Positions 18,141 to 26,053 of a DNA stretch of 62,418 nt are shown one piece after another (within the stretch, counting starts at the first letter, position 1; every line of letters starts with the position of its first letter). Below the pieces are notes generated by a model, which saw only the letters and a program-made list of their open reading frames with translations, had not been told where the DNA came from and made no database searches. This stretch comes from a virus (Duplodnaviria; Caudoviricetes). Made by a program: the position numbers and the translations under genes. Location of the stretch: IMG/VR virus record IMGVR_UViG_3300020043_005056, positions 1 through 62,418 of that record, one strand, 5' to 3'.

Positions 18141-18503
18141 CTATTTTTTTAAAGGTTGATATTTTTTAGTGATGATGATTTCTTCCACTACTTCTTCAAA
18201 GTATTTGGCATCCCATAGGTATGGGTAGTTAATGCTATTTCCACCTTCTACTATCTCTATAATAACTTGATGAGTAGGTTCAACACTTCCTATACGAAAT
18301 CCATCTCGTCTATGGTTGAACAAGTCAACTCCATAGATGTCCATTTTTACCATAAAAATCGAGTCGGTAGGTTCGTCAATAACTCCATTCATTCCATTGT
18401 CGCACTCGATGTACAGACCTTGTCCTTCATAGGTAGATTTAATAAATTCGCGTTTGATACGCACGTGTTTGCCTATCAAAGATTGGATTGTTTTTGTTTT
18501 CAT
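18141..18503 (-). CDS. hypothetical protein
   Basis: ATG ORF in operon. Confidence 0.7.
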   Translation of the reverse strand: MKTKTIQSLIGKHVRIKREFIKSTYEGQGLYIECDNGMNGVIDEPTDSIFMVKMDIYGVDLFNHRRDGFRIGSVEPTHQVIIEIVEGGNSINYPYLWDAKYFEEVVEEIIITKKYQPLKK

Positions 18504-18504
18504 A

Positions 18505-18849
18505 TTAGAGTGATAGTTTGTAAATGGTTAATGCCTCGAACTCTCTACTTAATGATGCCTTCTTTTTGTCTTTTGCATCGTACTCTAATTGGTGCATCGC
18601 ACTCTCTTTCTTTTGCCACCAAATGTTGGATATGATGTTGTCATCATTGTCGCTACAACCCCACGATTGTACGTGTGTATTGTCTTTTCTTATTCTGAAT
18701 ATGAATTGAAGTGGGTACTTTGATATTGCACCACCATTCAATTCAATTTCATAGCTAATCTCAAAACCCTCTGCCGTATGCAGGGTCTTGTCTTCGTACT
18801 TGACAAAAGTTAATTTGTCTAACGCATCTAAAAAGTTTTGTGTGTTCAT
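18505..18849 (-). CDS. hypothetical protein
   Basis: ATG ORF in operon. Confidence 0.7.
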   Translation of the reverse strand: MNTQNFLDALDKLTFVKYEDKTLHTAEGFEISYEIELNGGAISKYPLQFIFRIRKDNTHVQSWGCSDNDDNIISNIWWQKKESAMHQLEYDAKDKKKASLSREFEALTIYKLSL

Positions 18850-18851
18850 AG

Positions 18852-19172
18852 TTAATTAAATAATTGATTGATAATAATTTCTCGTATCTCGTATGATGTT
18901 CTTTGAAGCTCTCGCATCTCTCCCTCTATTGCCAAGTAATCAGGACTATAATAAAGAAATTCAGCATTGGCATCTATAAATCTCTTGGTATCATCGTTTT
19001 CATACACCTCTGCTTCTGCATATAGCTCACTTAGTTTGTCGCCTAAGTCCTTCTCGAACTTCATAACGATACCCTTTGCTATGTCTTCGTTTGTAAATAT
19101 GCCTAATGTGGTGCAGTCATAGCCATCGCCACCATCGTGTTCGTACATATTAATTTGATATACTTTCTCCAT
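18852..19172 (-). CDS. acidic hypothetical protein
   Basis: ATG ORF in operon. Confidence 0.7.
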   Translation of the reverse strand: MEKVYQINMYEHDGGDGYDCTTLGIFTNEDIAKGIVMKFEKDLGDKLSELYAEAEVYENDDTKRFIDANAEFLYYSPDYLAIEGEMRELQRTSYEIREIIINQLFN

Positions 19173-19174
19173 AA

Positions 19175-19543
19175 TTATAAGTTTTCTTTTAGTGTGAAAA
19201 ATGCATCTGCTAATCTATCGAAGTAAGTTTCGCAAAACTCTTCTTCGTTGTCTATTGTCATTCCAAAATCTTTGGCGTTCTGTATCATTCTATTATAATA
19301 AAATGGTACAGTCAACACACTTGGCAATCCCGACAACCATTCCGAGAATGCTTTGTTAGCACTACCTAATTGGACTACTCTCCAACCATACTCACTCATA
19401 AATATGTGGAATAGATTGTGTATGTTCACATACAATTCGTGGTCAAAGCCTTTTTCCATTGTAACGCCAAATATATCTATGTTATCTTCATAGCCACTAA
19501 AATCAATGTTGTCGATTATAGTTTGTTCATAAAATGTTTTCAT
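19175..19543 (-). CDS. hypothetical early protein
   Basis: FSEWLSGLPSVLTVPFYY-type segment; ATG ORF. Confidence 0.7.
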   Translation of the reverse strand: MKTFYEQTIIDNIDFSGYEDNIDIFGVTMEKGFDHELYVNIHNLFHIFMSEYGWRVVQLGSANKAFSEWLSGLPSVLTVPFYYNRMIQNAKDFGMTIDNEEEFCETYFDRLADAFFTLKENL

Positions 19544-19547
19544 AATA

Positions 19548-19703
19548 TTAATTGATTAATGATTTGATTATACTTATCTCTATTGTGCCATACTTATTAT
19601 GGACTTTTTGCAGTTCCTTGATTGCCCTCTCAAATTCGGCTGCCGATTTTGGATATTTGTACACTTGCAACCACTTCTGAATGTCTGTTAGCTCTGTTTG
19701 CAT
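19548..19703 (-). CDS. 51-aa hypothetical protein (not in ORF track)
   Basis: MQTELTDIQKWLQVYKYPKSAAEFERAIKEL...; tiles with its neighbours. Confidence 0.6.
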   Translation of the reverse strand: MQTELTDIQKWLQVYKYPKSAAEFERAIKELQKVHNKYGTIEISIIKSLIN

Positions 19704-19704
19704 A

Positions 19705-19851
19705 TTACTTAAATGTTTCGTTATACTTGTTTACCATTGATGCTATGATATTGAACACCACTAAAAACACTAACGCAATTACAAAAGTTCTGTCATTATT
19801 CGCTAACAAAACTATTGATGCGACTATAAAATTTACTGCACCTCTTATCAT
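19705..19851 (-). CDS. 48-aa two-helix membrane peptide (not in ORF track)
   Basis: MIRGAVNFIVASIVLLANNDRTFVIALVFLVVFNIIASMV... Confidence 0.6.
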   Translation of the reverse strand: MIRGAVNFIVASIVLLANNDRTFVIALVFLVVFNIIASMVNKYNETFK

Positions 19852-20024
19852 TTTCTTTTAAATTTAAAATACACTCTTACTATTGATGCTACACATAAAA
19901 TCTCGCACCCTAAAAATCCATACATATAAAATTCGTGGTTCACATTGGAACTACTCATTCCACCAACGGGAATGATAAACATAGCTACAACGAATAGCCA
20001 CGTGCATACAAAAAATGTTCTCAT
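19848..20024 (-). CDS. 58-aa two-helix membrane peptide (not in ORF track)
   Basis: MRTFFVCTWLFVVAMFIIPVGG...GFLGCEILCVASIVRVYF; ATGA overlap with the next gene. Confidence 0.6.
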   Translation of the reverse strand: MRTFFVCTWLFVVAMFIIPVGGMSSSNVNHEFYMYGFLGCEILCVASIVRVYFKFKRK

Positions 20025-20029
20025 CTTAA

Positions 20030-20209
20030 TTAGTTTTTAAATAATAATCGGTTATCTAATCTTCTTTGTAAAATAGCTTTCGCATCTTGGTACGCAACCT
20101 CGTGCAATAACATTACTGCCTTAATTGCTTTTGAATATGATTTGATTTCACATTCGATTTGCTCAATGGCATCTTGCACATTGACTTTTACTTTAATTCG
20201 ATTTCTCAT
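20030..20209 (-). CDS. 59-aa hypothetical protein (not in ORF track)
   Basis: MRNRIKVKVNVQDAIEQIEC...; AAATCAAATCAAATG leader. Confidence 0.65.
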   Translation of the reverse strand: MRNRIKVKVNVQDAIEQIECEIKSYSKAIKAVMLLHEVAYQDAKAILQRRLDNRLLFKN

Positions 20210-20242
20210 TTGATTTGATTTTAATTAACGCAATATTACGTT

Positions 20243-20290
20243 GTGTATAGTGAGGAATTGAACCTCATAAACTATTCCAATAGCTATACA
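20243..20290 (-). ncRNA. minimal tRNA-like element (acceptor stem and T-arm, no anticodon arm)
   Basis: TGTATAG/CTATACA 7 bp; TGAGG-TTCAATT-CCTCA T-arm; short CTATT-GG-AATAG inverted repeat between them. Confidence 0.65.
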
Positions 20291-20361
20291 TTTATTCCAC
20301 CTTATTTTCGTGGGATTTCGCCACAAGCATACAAGGAACTCATTCGCTTAGTTGTATATAT

Positions 20362-20392
20362 AAAAAAGCCACATCTATTATTGACGTGGCTT
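20362..20392 (-). terminator. intrinsic terminator
   Basis: AAGCCACGTC/GATGTGGCTT stem plus T-run on the minus strand. Confidence 0.7.
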
Positions 20393-20395
20393 GGT

Positions 20396-20865
20396 TTGGA
20401 TATCTTTGCGCCTACTATTAAGGCGTACATTTTTTACTATCTTTTGCTTTTTCAATACCTATTCAATAACCTATATGATTTTGCGCACTAACCTTGATAG
20501 CTGTTAGTGTATAGGAATAATTCGCCTTAATTGAATATGTTTGTGCCTTCGGTTTACCGCGTGCCTACACAATAGCCTAAAAATTTAACATAGCTGATAT
20601 GTTTGCCGTACTACTTTTTTAAGGCAATAGGCAAAATGTTTATTTCAGTATTTCACACTTAAGAAACGCATTTCTTAAGAAACGTTGTAAAAATTTTTTT
20701 TTATTTTTTAATGTCGCATTACATCACGGACGCAATAGGGCAAAGAATAAAATCCAATTTTTAACAATCTACATTTTTAACAACGTGCACGGCACGGCTT
20801 GAAAAAAACGTTTTATAGTGCCCGTAGTAATAGCAAATTACAAAAACGATTAATCGTTTACGGGC
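20396..20865 (-). ncRNA. putative large structured non-coding RNA (~470 nt)
   Basis: No convincing ORF; long-range pairing 20396-20414 with 20736-20757; many internal hairpins; multi-stem junction at 20820-20865. Confidence 0.45.
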
Positions 20866-20881
20866 TTTTGAAAATACGAGC

Positions 20882-21292
20882 TTATTTTTTGCTCGTTGGG
20901 TTCACTTGCTTAGTGCACCATTGTAAAAAGTAAAAAGGCGTTAAAAATCCCTTTTTTGTACGTCTCGTTTCAACGTTTGCACGTTGGTACAAAGTTTTAT
21001 CTTTGTTAACCTTACTAATATAATCGAGCATTACGCCTGAAATAACGTTTTCGGTCGTTTGAGTGCCTAAATAAAACTTAATACAAAAACCCAACGTTTG
21101 CGCCTCGGCTTTTGCTTTTGCGTGATTGTTTAAACAATGAATACCATAAAACGATTCGGCACGTTTTTTCTTTTGCTCGGCTTTTTCTTTTAGGCAAATT
21201 GCGTCTAAAATTTTTAACTCGGCTTTTTCTTTGTTGGTTAACGTTTCTTTGTTGGTCAACTCGTTAAATTTAATTTTGTCAACATTTTTCAT
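20882..21292 (-). CDS. first early gene, basic hypothetical protein
   Basis: 136-aa ATG ORF with its own promoter; atypical CG-rich codon choice. Confidence 0.75.
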   Translation of the reverse strand: MKNVDKIKFNELTNKETLTNKEKAELKILDAICLKEKAEQKKKRAESFYGIHCLNNHAKAKAEAQTLGFCIKFYLGTQTTENVISGVMLDYISKVNKDKTLYQRANVETRRTKKGFLTPFYFLQWCTKQVNPTSKK

Positions 21293-21378
21293 AATATTTT
21301 TAATTTAAGTGCCTGATTATCAGGCGATTAGGTCGGCATTATTGCCTAAATTTGCTCGTTTCCTTTACAAATCTTTTA

Positions 21379-21386
21379 CAAATATA
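21379..21386 (-). promoter_or_regulatory. Bacteroidota -7 promoter at the start of the early arm
   Basis: TATATTTG on the minus strand. Confidence 0.65.
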
Positions 21387-21579
21387 GTGAATTAGTATAT
21401 ATAAATAACAAAAAAAGTGATTTTTTTTTAAAATATTTTCTAATTTGTTGAAAATCAAGGCGTTACAGATAAAAAAATTTGTAGTTTATAAGGCGTTATT
21501 ATTATATTCAAGTGCTTAACCTTTGTTTATTAGTACTTTACAAAGGTTTTTAATAGCTTTTAAATAGCTTTTTTACATT

Positions 21580-21818
21580 GGAACCACAAAGGGAACCGAA
21601 CCGAACCAACGAGGAACCAACGAGGAACCGAACCGAATTAATATATATATCATTCTATTATATAATAGTTACCAACGAGGAACCAACGAGGGAACCAACG
21701 GAACGAGGAACGAGGAACGAGGAACGAGGAACCAACGGAACGAGGGAACCGAACCGAACCAACGAGGAACCAACGGAACCAACGAGGGAACCAAAAAGCC
21801 AAAAAAACGGCAAAGGAA
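21580..21818. repeat. modular GGAAC/CGAAC/CAAC/GAGG short-repeat array
   Basis: Two T-free tracts on + strand (21580-21637 and 21671-21818) built from 4-7 nt modules. Confidence 0.9.
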
Positions 21819-21930
21819 TTTTGAAAACGGAACCCCCCCATCGATTTTATTTTCGGTTTCGGTTTGGGTGTCTCGACGTGAAATGGCTGTATAGCCCAAA
21901 CAGTATATACACCTGATAATAAAAAAAACC

Positions 21931-21938
21931 TATCTTTG
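21931..21938 (+). promoter_or_regulatory. Bacteroidota -7 promoter
   Basis: TATCTTTG 25 nt before ATG 21964. Confidence 0.7.
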
Positions 21939-21963
21939 TAGTGAACTTTTAAAATTTCAAAAA

Positions 21964-22200
21964 ATGAAACAACCTTTAAATTTAAAGAACAGTATTTACC
22001 AACAAAAGACCTCAGGTTCTTTTAGTGGGTTGACTGTAAAAGATGGTATGTTGATTAACAACAGACCTGATGGACAGACAGGTATTGCTCAAGCTGCACA
22101 GTTAAGAAAGTCTATTAAGACTGCTGAAAAAATTTCTATTGTAGCGAGAGGAAATGCTATGGCTGAGATGATGGAAGATGAAAGTTGCGATTGCGACTAA
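21964..22200 (+). CDS. hypothetical protein (monocistronic)
   Basis: Has its own promoter and terminator; ends CDCD. Confidence 0.75.
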   Translation: MKQPLNLKNSIYQQKTSGSFSGLTVKDGMLINNRPDGQTGIAQAAQLRKSIKTAEKISIVARGNAMAEMMEDESCDCD

Positions 22201-22220
22201 TAAAATCCATTTACAAAAAT

Positions 22221-22250
22221 AGCGAGGTTCTAATCAATCTCGCTTTTTTT
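22221..22250 (+). terminator. intrinsic terminator
   Basis: AGCGAGGTT/AATCTCGCT stem plus T-run. Confidence 0.75.
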
Positions 22251-22257
22251 ATTATTA

Positions 22258-22460
22258 ATCGACATAACCGGTTATATTTTCTGTTGTTTTTGCGACAACT
22301 TAATTTTTATAACTTATTGATTATTAACTCTTTATTCTTTAAATGTCGATAATGTCAAAAAAGAGTAAGTTTTATAGTCAGAAAAAATATATATATAATA
22401 GTATTTTCTAAGAGAGAGTAGGGAAAACCTAAAATCGACATTCCGACACGATGACACATT
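22258..22460. other. putative replication origin module 2
   Basis: TGTCG/CGACA repeats; 17 bp identical to 9212-9228 at 22306-22322; AT-rich core. Confidence 0.45.
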
Positions 22461-22576
22461 CAGACCGACCACCAAATGATAACATTAATATTATAATTGC
22501 TATAGTTTTGTACATAATTATTGTTCTGCTATCGCATTTTTATCTCAATAGTGGTCTTAATTAGAATTAATTGTAA

Positions 22577-22584
22577 TATATTTG
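22577..22584 (+). promoter_or_regulatory. Bacteroidota -7 promoter of the chaperonin operon
   Basis: TATATTTG upstream of groEL. Confidence 0.7.
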
Positions 22585-22610
22585 CATATAACAATTAAAA
22601 ATCAAATCAA

Positions 22611-24227
22611 ATGTTAGAAAATCAAGGTTATTCTCCAAAAGATTTACAATTTGGAGCAGAAGGAAGGAAGAAATTAGTAAGTGGCGTTGTAAAAATGTCC
22701 AAAGCTGTGAAAGCTACATTAGGTCCGGGAGGTAATCCTGTGCTAATTGAATCTCCAAACCACACTCACGGTATCACAGTTACCAAAGATGGTGTTACTG
22801 TTGCAAAATCAATTGACTTACTTGACCCTTCGGAGAACCTTGCAGTTAAGATGATGAAGGAAGCCGCTGAGAAGACTGCTACTTCGGCAGGAGATGGTAC
22901 AACAACCGCTATTGTCCTTACTGAAGGATTGGTATTGAGTGGTATTGAGCATATAACTGAAGGATTAAACCGGACAGAAGTGTTGAGAAGTATGGTGGAC
23001 ATCAGCGACAAGGTGGTGGACAAGTTACGAAGACGTAGCAAAAGAGTTACAAGCGCGATGTTAGTCGATGTTGCCAGTATATCAGCAAACAATGATAAAG
23101 AGATTGGGAGAATTATTGCAGAGGTGTACAAAGATGTTGGTAAAACCGGTATCGTTACAGTTGAGAAAAGTCAGAACGATGAGACTTATGCTGAGACCAC
23201 AATGGGGTTGAAATTTGATAGAGGGTATTTAAGCCCTATGTTTATAAATGATTCTAAAAAAGATGAGTGCGTATTTGAAGACACTATGGTTATGGTTGCT
23301 GATATGGAGATTACTAATATCCTTCAGATTGAAAATATCCTTAAACCAATTGTACAAGAAGGTAAGAAGTTATTGATTATATCCCCGTGTAATCAGAACT
23401 TGATTAATAGTTTGGCGGCTAATGTTGTCAAAGGACACATTAAAGTATGTGCAGTTGCACCTCCGAGCTTTGGATACAAGCAACACGAACTAATGCAAGA
23501 CATTTCTATCAGTGTTGGAGCTACATACTTCAGTGAAAAGACAGGAGATGATTTGAGTATCATCAACTATGGCGACCTTGGGCACGCTGCTAAGGTAATT
23601 GTTAGTAAAGACAAGACTATTATTATCAAATCTGACCTGAGATTAGACCAAAAAGCGATTGAAACAAGGGTAAATCAGCTATGGGATTCGCATAAAAACG
23701 CCACAAAGAAGCACGAAAAGGACCATTTATTAGAGAGAATTGCCTCTTTAACAGGTGGAATTGGAGTTATTTTTGTTGGTGGACAAACAGATTTAGAGCA
23801 GAAAGAGTTGTACGATAGGGTTGATGACGCTGTTTGCGCGGTACGTTCAGCACTTGAAGAAGGTATTATACCGGGTGCAGGGAAAGCTTTGCTTGAGGAA
23901 TCAGCAGCTTTGGCTATAGATGAGGACAAAAGTCCTGAGTATAATGCGGCTATGATGATTTTGAAGTCAGCACTTATGGCTCCGTTCTTACAGATACTTG
24001 CAAATGCAGGACTGAAAGCAGCAGACATTTACAAAGATGGAATTGCTGAAGGTCAAGGTTACAACTTGAAAACAAGAGAGTATGGAGACTTGATTAAGAT
24101 GGGAGTAATAGACCCATTAAAAGTAACTCGAAGCGCATTACAAAATGCCGTTAGTGTAGCCGTAACAATTCTTAGCACCGATGCAATAATTACGTTAGCT
24201 CGTACTTATGTGCAGGCTGAAGACTAA
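22611..24227 (+). CDS. groEL: chaperonin GroEL (phage-encoded)
   Basis: TLGPGG, VTKDGVTVAK, AGDGTTTA, FDRGYLSP, GVIDPLKVTRSALQNA; no GGM tail. Confidence 0.97.
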   Translation: MLENQGYSPKDLQFGAEGRKKLVSGVVKMSKAVKATLGPGGNPVLIESPNHTHGITVTKDGVTVAKSIDLLDPSENLAVKMMKEAAEKTATSAGDGTTTAIVLTEGLVLSGIEHITEGLNRTEVLRSMVDISDKVVDKLRRRSKRVTSAMLVDVASISANNDKEIGRIIAEVYKDVGKTGIVTVEKSQNDETYAETTMGLKFDRGYLSPMFINDSKKDECVFEDTMVMVADMEITNILQIENILKPIVQEGKKLLIISPCNQNLINSLAANVVKGHIKVCAVAPPSFGYKQHELMQDISISVGATYFSEKTGDDLSIINYGDLGHAAKVIVSKDKTIIIKSDLRLDQKAIETRVNQLWDSHKNATKKHEKDHLLERIASLTGGIGVIFVGGQTDLEQKELYDRVDDAVCAVRSALEEGIIPGAGKALLEESAALAIDEDKSPEYNAAMMILKSALMAPFLQILANAGLKAADIYKDGIAEGQGYNLKTREYGDLIKMGVIDPLKVTRSALQNAVSVAVTILSTDAIITLARTYVQAED

Positions 24228-24429
24228 GAGGTTCATAAGATTTACTGTAATATGGGTGGCGTGTAACCTATCAATACCATTTTGGATGGTAGGGCACGTA
24301 CACCTAACGGTAAATATCTATGAAGATATAAGTGAGATAGTAGCGTCAATGGGAATGAACATAATAGTTGCCATTGGATTTTGGTTAAATTGGAAAGACG
24401 AATCTAAAAATTATGATAAGAGGAATTGA
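24208..24429 (+). CDS. small membrane protein
   Basis: Two hydrophobic segments; overlaps neighbours. Confidence 0.55.
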   Translation: MCRLKTKRFIRFTVIWVACNLSIPFWMVGHVHLTVNIYEDISEIVASMGMNIIVAIGFWLNWKDESKNYDKRN

Positions 24430-24643
24430 TTTTGTAACAATAGAAGTGTATGGATTAAACCAATCCGGTATGGCAGACTTGGAAGAATGTCAAGGATTGT
24501 TGGATGAAAGTCCAATGTTTAAGAACTTCAGAGTTGAAGCATTGAATCATAGAAGGGGAACAGGCTATGTAGATGTAGCATTGTACCCTAAGGATGGGGA
24601 TAAAAGAAAATTTATAGAAGACATAAAAAAGTTTGGGCTATGA
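24413..24643 (+). CDS. hypothetical protein
   Basis: ATG ORF in operon. Confidence 0.65.
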   Translation: MIRGIDFVTIEVYGLNQSGMADLEECQGLLDESPMFKNFRVEALNHRRGTGYVDVALYPKDGDKRKFIEDIKKFGL

Positions 24644-24768
24644 GTACTCTAAAAGAGATATTAGAATCTTTGGAATTTCTAAAGACAAAATATGTAATCG
24701 CAAAAGACTACGAGAGAGCCGCAAGAGTTAGAGAGGTAATTGTAAAAATAAAAGAAAAAATCAAATGA
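24640..24768 (+). CDS. 42-aa UVR (UvrB/UvrC-motif)-like peptide (not in ORF track)
   Basis: MSTLKEILESLEFLKTKYVIAKDYERAARVREVIVKIKEKIK; ATGA-coupled at both ends. Confidence 0.65.
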   Translation: MSTLKEILESLEFLKTKYVIAKDYERAARVREVIVKIKEKIK

Positions 24769-25022
24769 AACCAATTGGAAAATATATTGTCATCAAAAAT
24801 ATTGATGAAGAAATAAAAACAGAATCAGGATTGTTTCTATCGGGAGAAGATGTAAATCAAATGCGCTATAAGCGCGCTATAGTAATTGAGGCAGGAACAG
24901 ATGTTCCTAATATCAAAAAAGATGATGACATCTACTACGATAAAGCGCACGGATTTACGATGATAATTGATGACAAACAATACACGATTATTCGTGAGAA
25001 CGATGTCGTTGTTGTTTTATAA
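24765..25022 (+). CDS. groES: co-chaperonin GroES
   Basis: MKPIGKYIVIK, KTESGLFL, IIRENDVVVVL. Confidence 0.9.
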   Translation: MKPIGKYIVIKNIDEEIKTESGLFLSGEDVNQMRYKRAIVIEAGTDVPNIKKDDDIYYDKAHGFTMIIDDKQYTIIRENDVVVVL

Positions 25023-25431
25023 CTTTGTTCATTTCAATAATCATATCGCGATAAACTTTATCTGAGTACGATACATTTTTATGAAACATTTTATTATATG
25101 AATTACTAACGGGGATTTCTTCCCCGCTTAGTTTTCTATAAATTGTCTGAATCATTCGAGTAGCTTTAATTGTCAATTGGTATAGAGCTTTTTTATTACC
25201 TACTCTACTTCTAAACATTACAATCCAACCTGTTTGTTTAAGTCTGAAAAAACGATTTACATCCCACCCCAAAAGTTCATCAAACTCTTCAAACTTATCT
25301 TTCCCAAAATACTTTTCAGAGTACAGAAACAATAACATATCTAAGTCAGCCTGAGTTAGTTCGTATTTAATTTTTGCGTATTGGCGAATTACTCTCCAAT
25401 ATTTTAGGTAATCATCTTGATTTGATTTCAT
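24988..25431 (-). CDS. winged-helix (MarR-like) regulator
   Basis: LTQADLDMLLFL...RLKQTGWI...LYQLTIKA; the only well-supported minus-strand gene in the late arm. Confidence 0.55.
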   Translation of the reverse strand: MKSNQDDYLKYWRVIRQYAKIKYELTQADLDMLLFLYSEKYFGKDKFEEFDELLGWDVNRFFRLKQTGWIVMFRSRVGNKKALYQLTIKATRMIQTIYRKLSGEEIPVSNSYNKMFHKNVSYSDKVYRDMIIEMNKVIKQQRHRSHE

Positions 25432-25446
25432 TTAAAATAAATTTAT

Positions 25447-25464
25447 TACATTTGTACAAAGTTA
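25447..25464. promoter_or_regulatory. opposed, overlapping -7 promoters
   Basis: TACATTTG (+, 25447-25454) and TAACTTTG (-, 25464-25457), 2 bp apart. Confidence 0.65.
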
Positions 25465-25494
25465 TTGATTATTAATTTATAAAAATTAGAAATT

Positions 25495-25836
25495 ATGCCT
25501 GATTTAAGACCCGGACAATTAAAAAGACTTGGAAGAATATCCGAAAGTAATCCTGAACGAGCTGAAAAAGTTGCTGAAAGAATGGATAAAAGAGCATCTC
25601 GTACAGAAAGAGGTGCAGCTATAGCATCTAATGCTGAAGAAAAAAGAACAGGTGGAAGAGACATAGAAAGAGGCGTGGCTAAATTATATGAAGGTGGAGC
25701 TGAAAACAAAGCAAAAGCTGTTGCAAAAATGAGAGGTAGAGATTATCCATTATCCCCTACTCCTGAACCTTATGGAGATTTTAAAAAATCAAAATCTGAG
25801 CCTATAAATGTAATGCAAGGTAAAATAAATAAATAA
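25495..25836 (+). CDS. small basic protein with DxPLxxTPEP motif
   Basis: RGRDYPLSPTPEP. Confidence 0.75.
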   Translation: MPDLRPGQLKRLGRISESNPERAEKVAERMDKRASRTERGAAIASNAEEKRTGGRDIERGVAKLYEGGAENKAKAVAKMRGRDYPLSPTPEPYGDFKKSKSEPINVMQGKINK

Positions 25837-26048
25837 TGCAAAGACCTGACACACCATTAGCAGCAACACCGGAGCCACAACCTGTTAGTTCAGGATTACA
25901 ATCGGCTCCTCAAATAGGAGGAATGCCTCAGCAAAGAGTTGCTACAAAGTTTGAACAAACTGCAAACAATGCTATAGATAAAATGAAAGTAACAGCACCT
26001 GCTGCACCTGCTGCACCGGCAGCTGCACCTGAAAAACCTCAACAATAG
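25836..26048 (+). CDS. Pro/Ala/Gln-rich protein with DTPLxxTPEP motif
   Basis: RPDTPLAATPEP. Confidence 0.75.
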   Translation: MQRPDTPLAATPEPQPVSSGLQSAPQIGGMPQQRVATKFEQTANNAIDKMKVTAPAAPAAPAAAPEKPQQ

Positions 26049-26053
26049 AAATT

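Noticed and set aside
20243-20290. Functional tRNA gene
   Set aside because: Only 48 nt with no anticodon arm; kept as a tRNA-like element.
20401-20408. Plus-strand TATCTTTG promoter
   Set aside because: No downstream plus-strand gene; the bases are part of a long-range helix and nearby G-U pairs favour a minus-strand RNA. Not excluded.
21580-21818. CRISPR array
   Set aside because: Units are 4-7 nt modules with no unique spacers, and there are no cas genes.
21578-21916. ORFs 21578..21916, 21650..21841 and 21669..21899
   Set aside because: They stay open only because the T-free repeats cannot form stop codons; the translations are repeat-derived low complexity.
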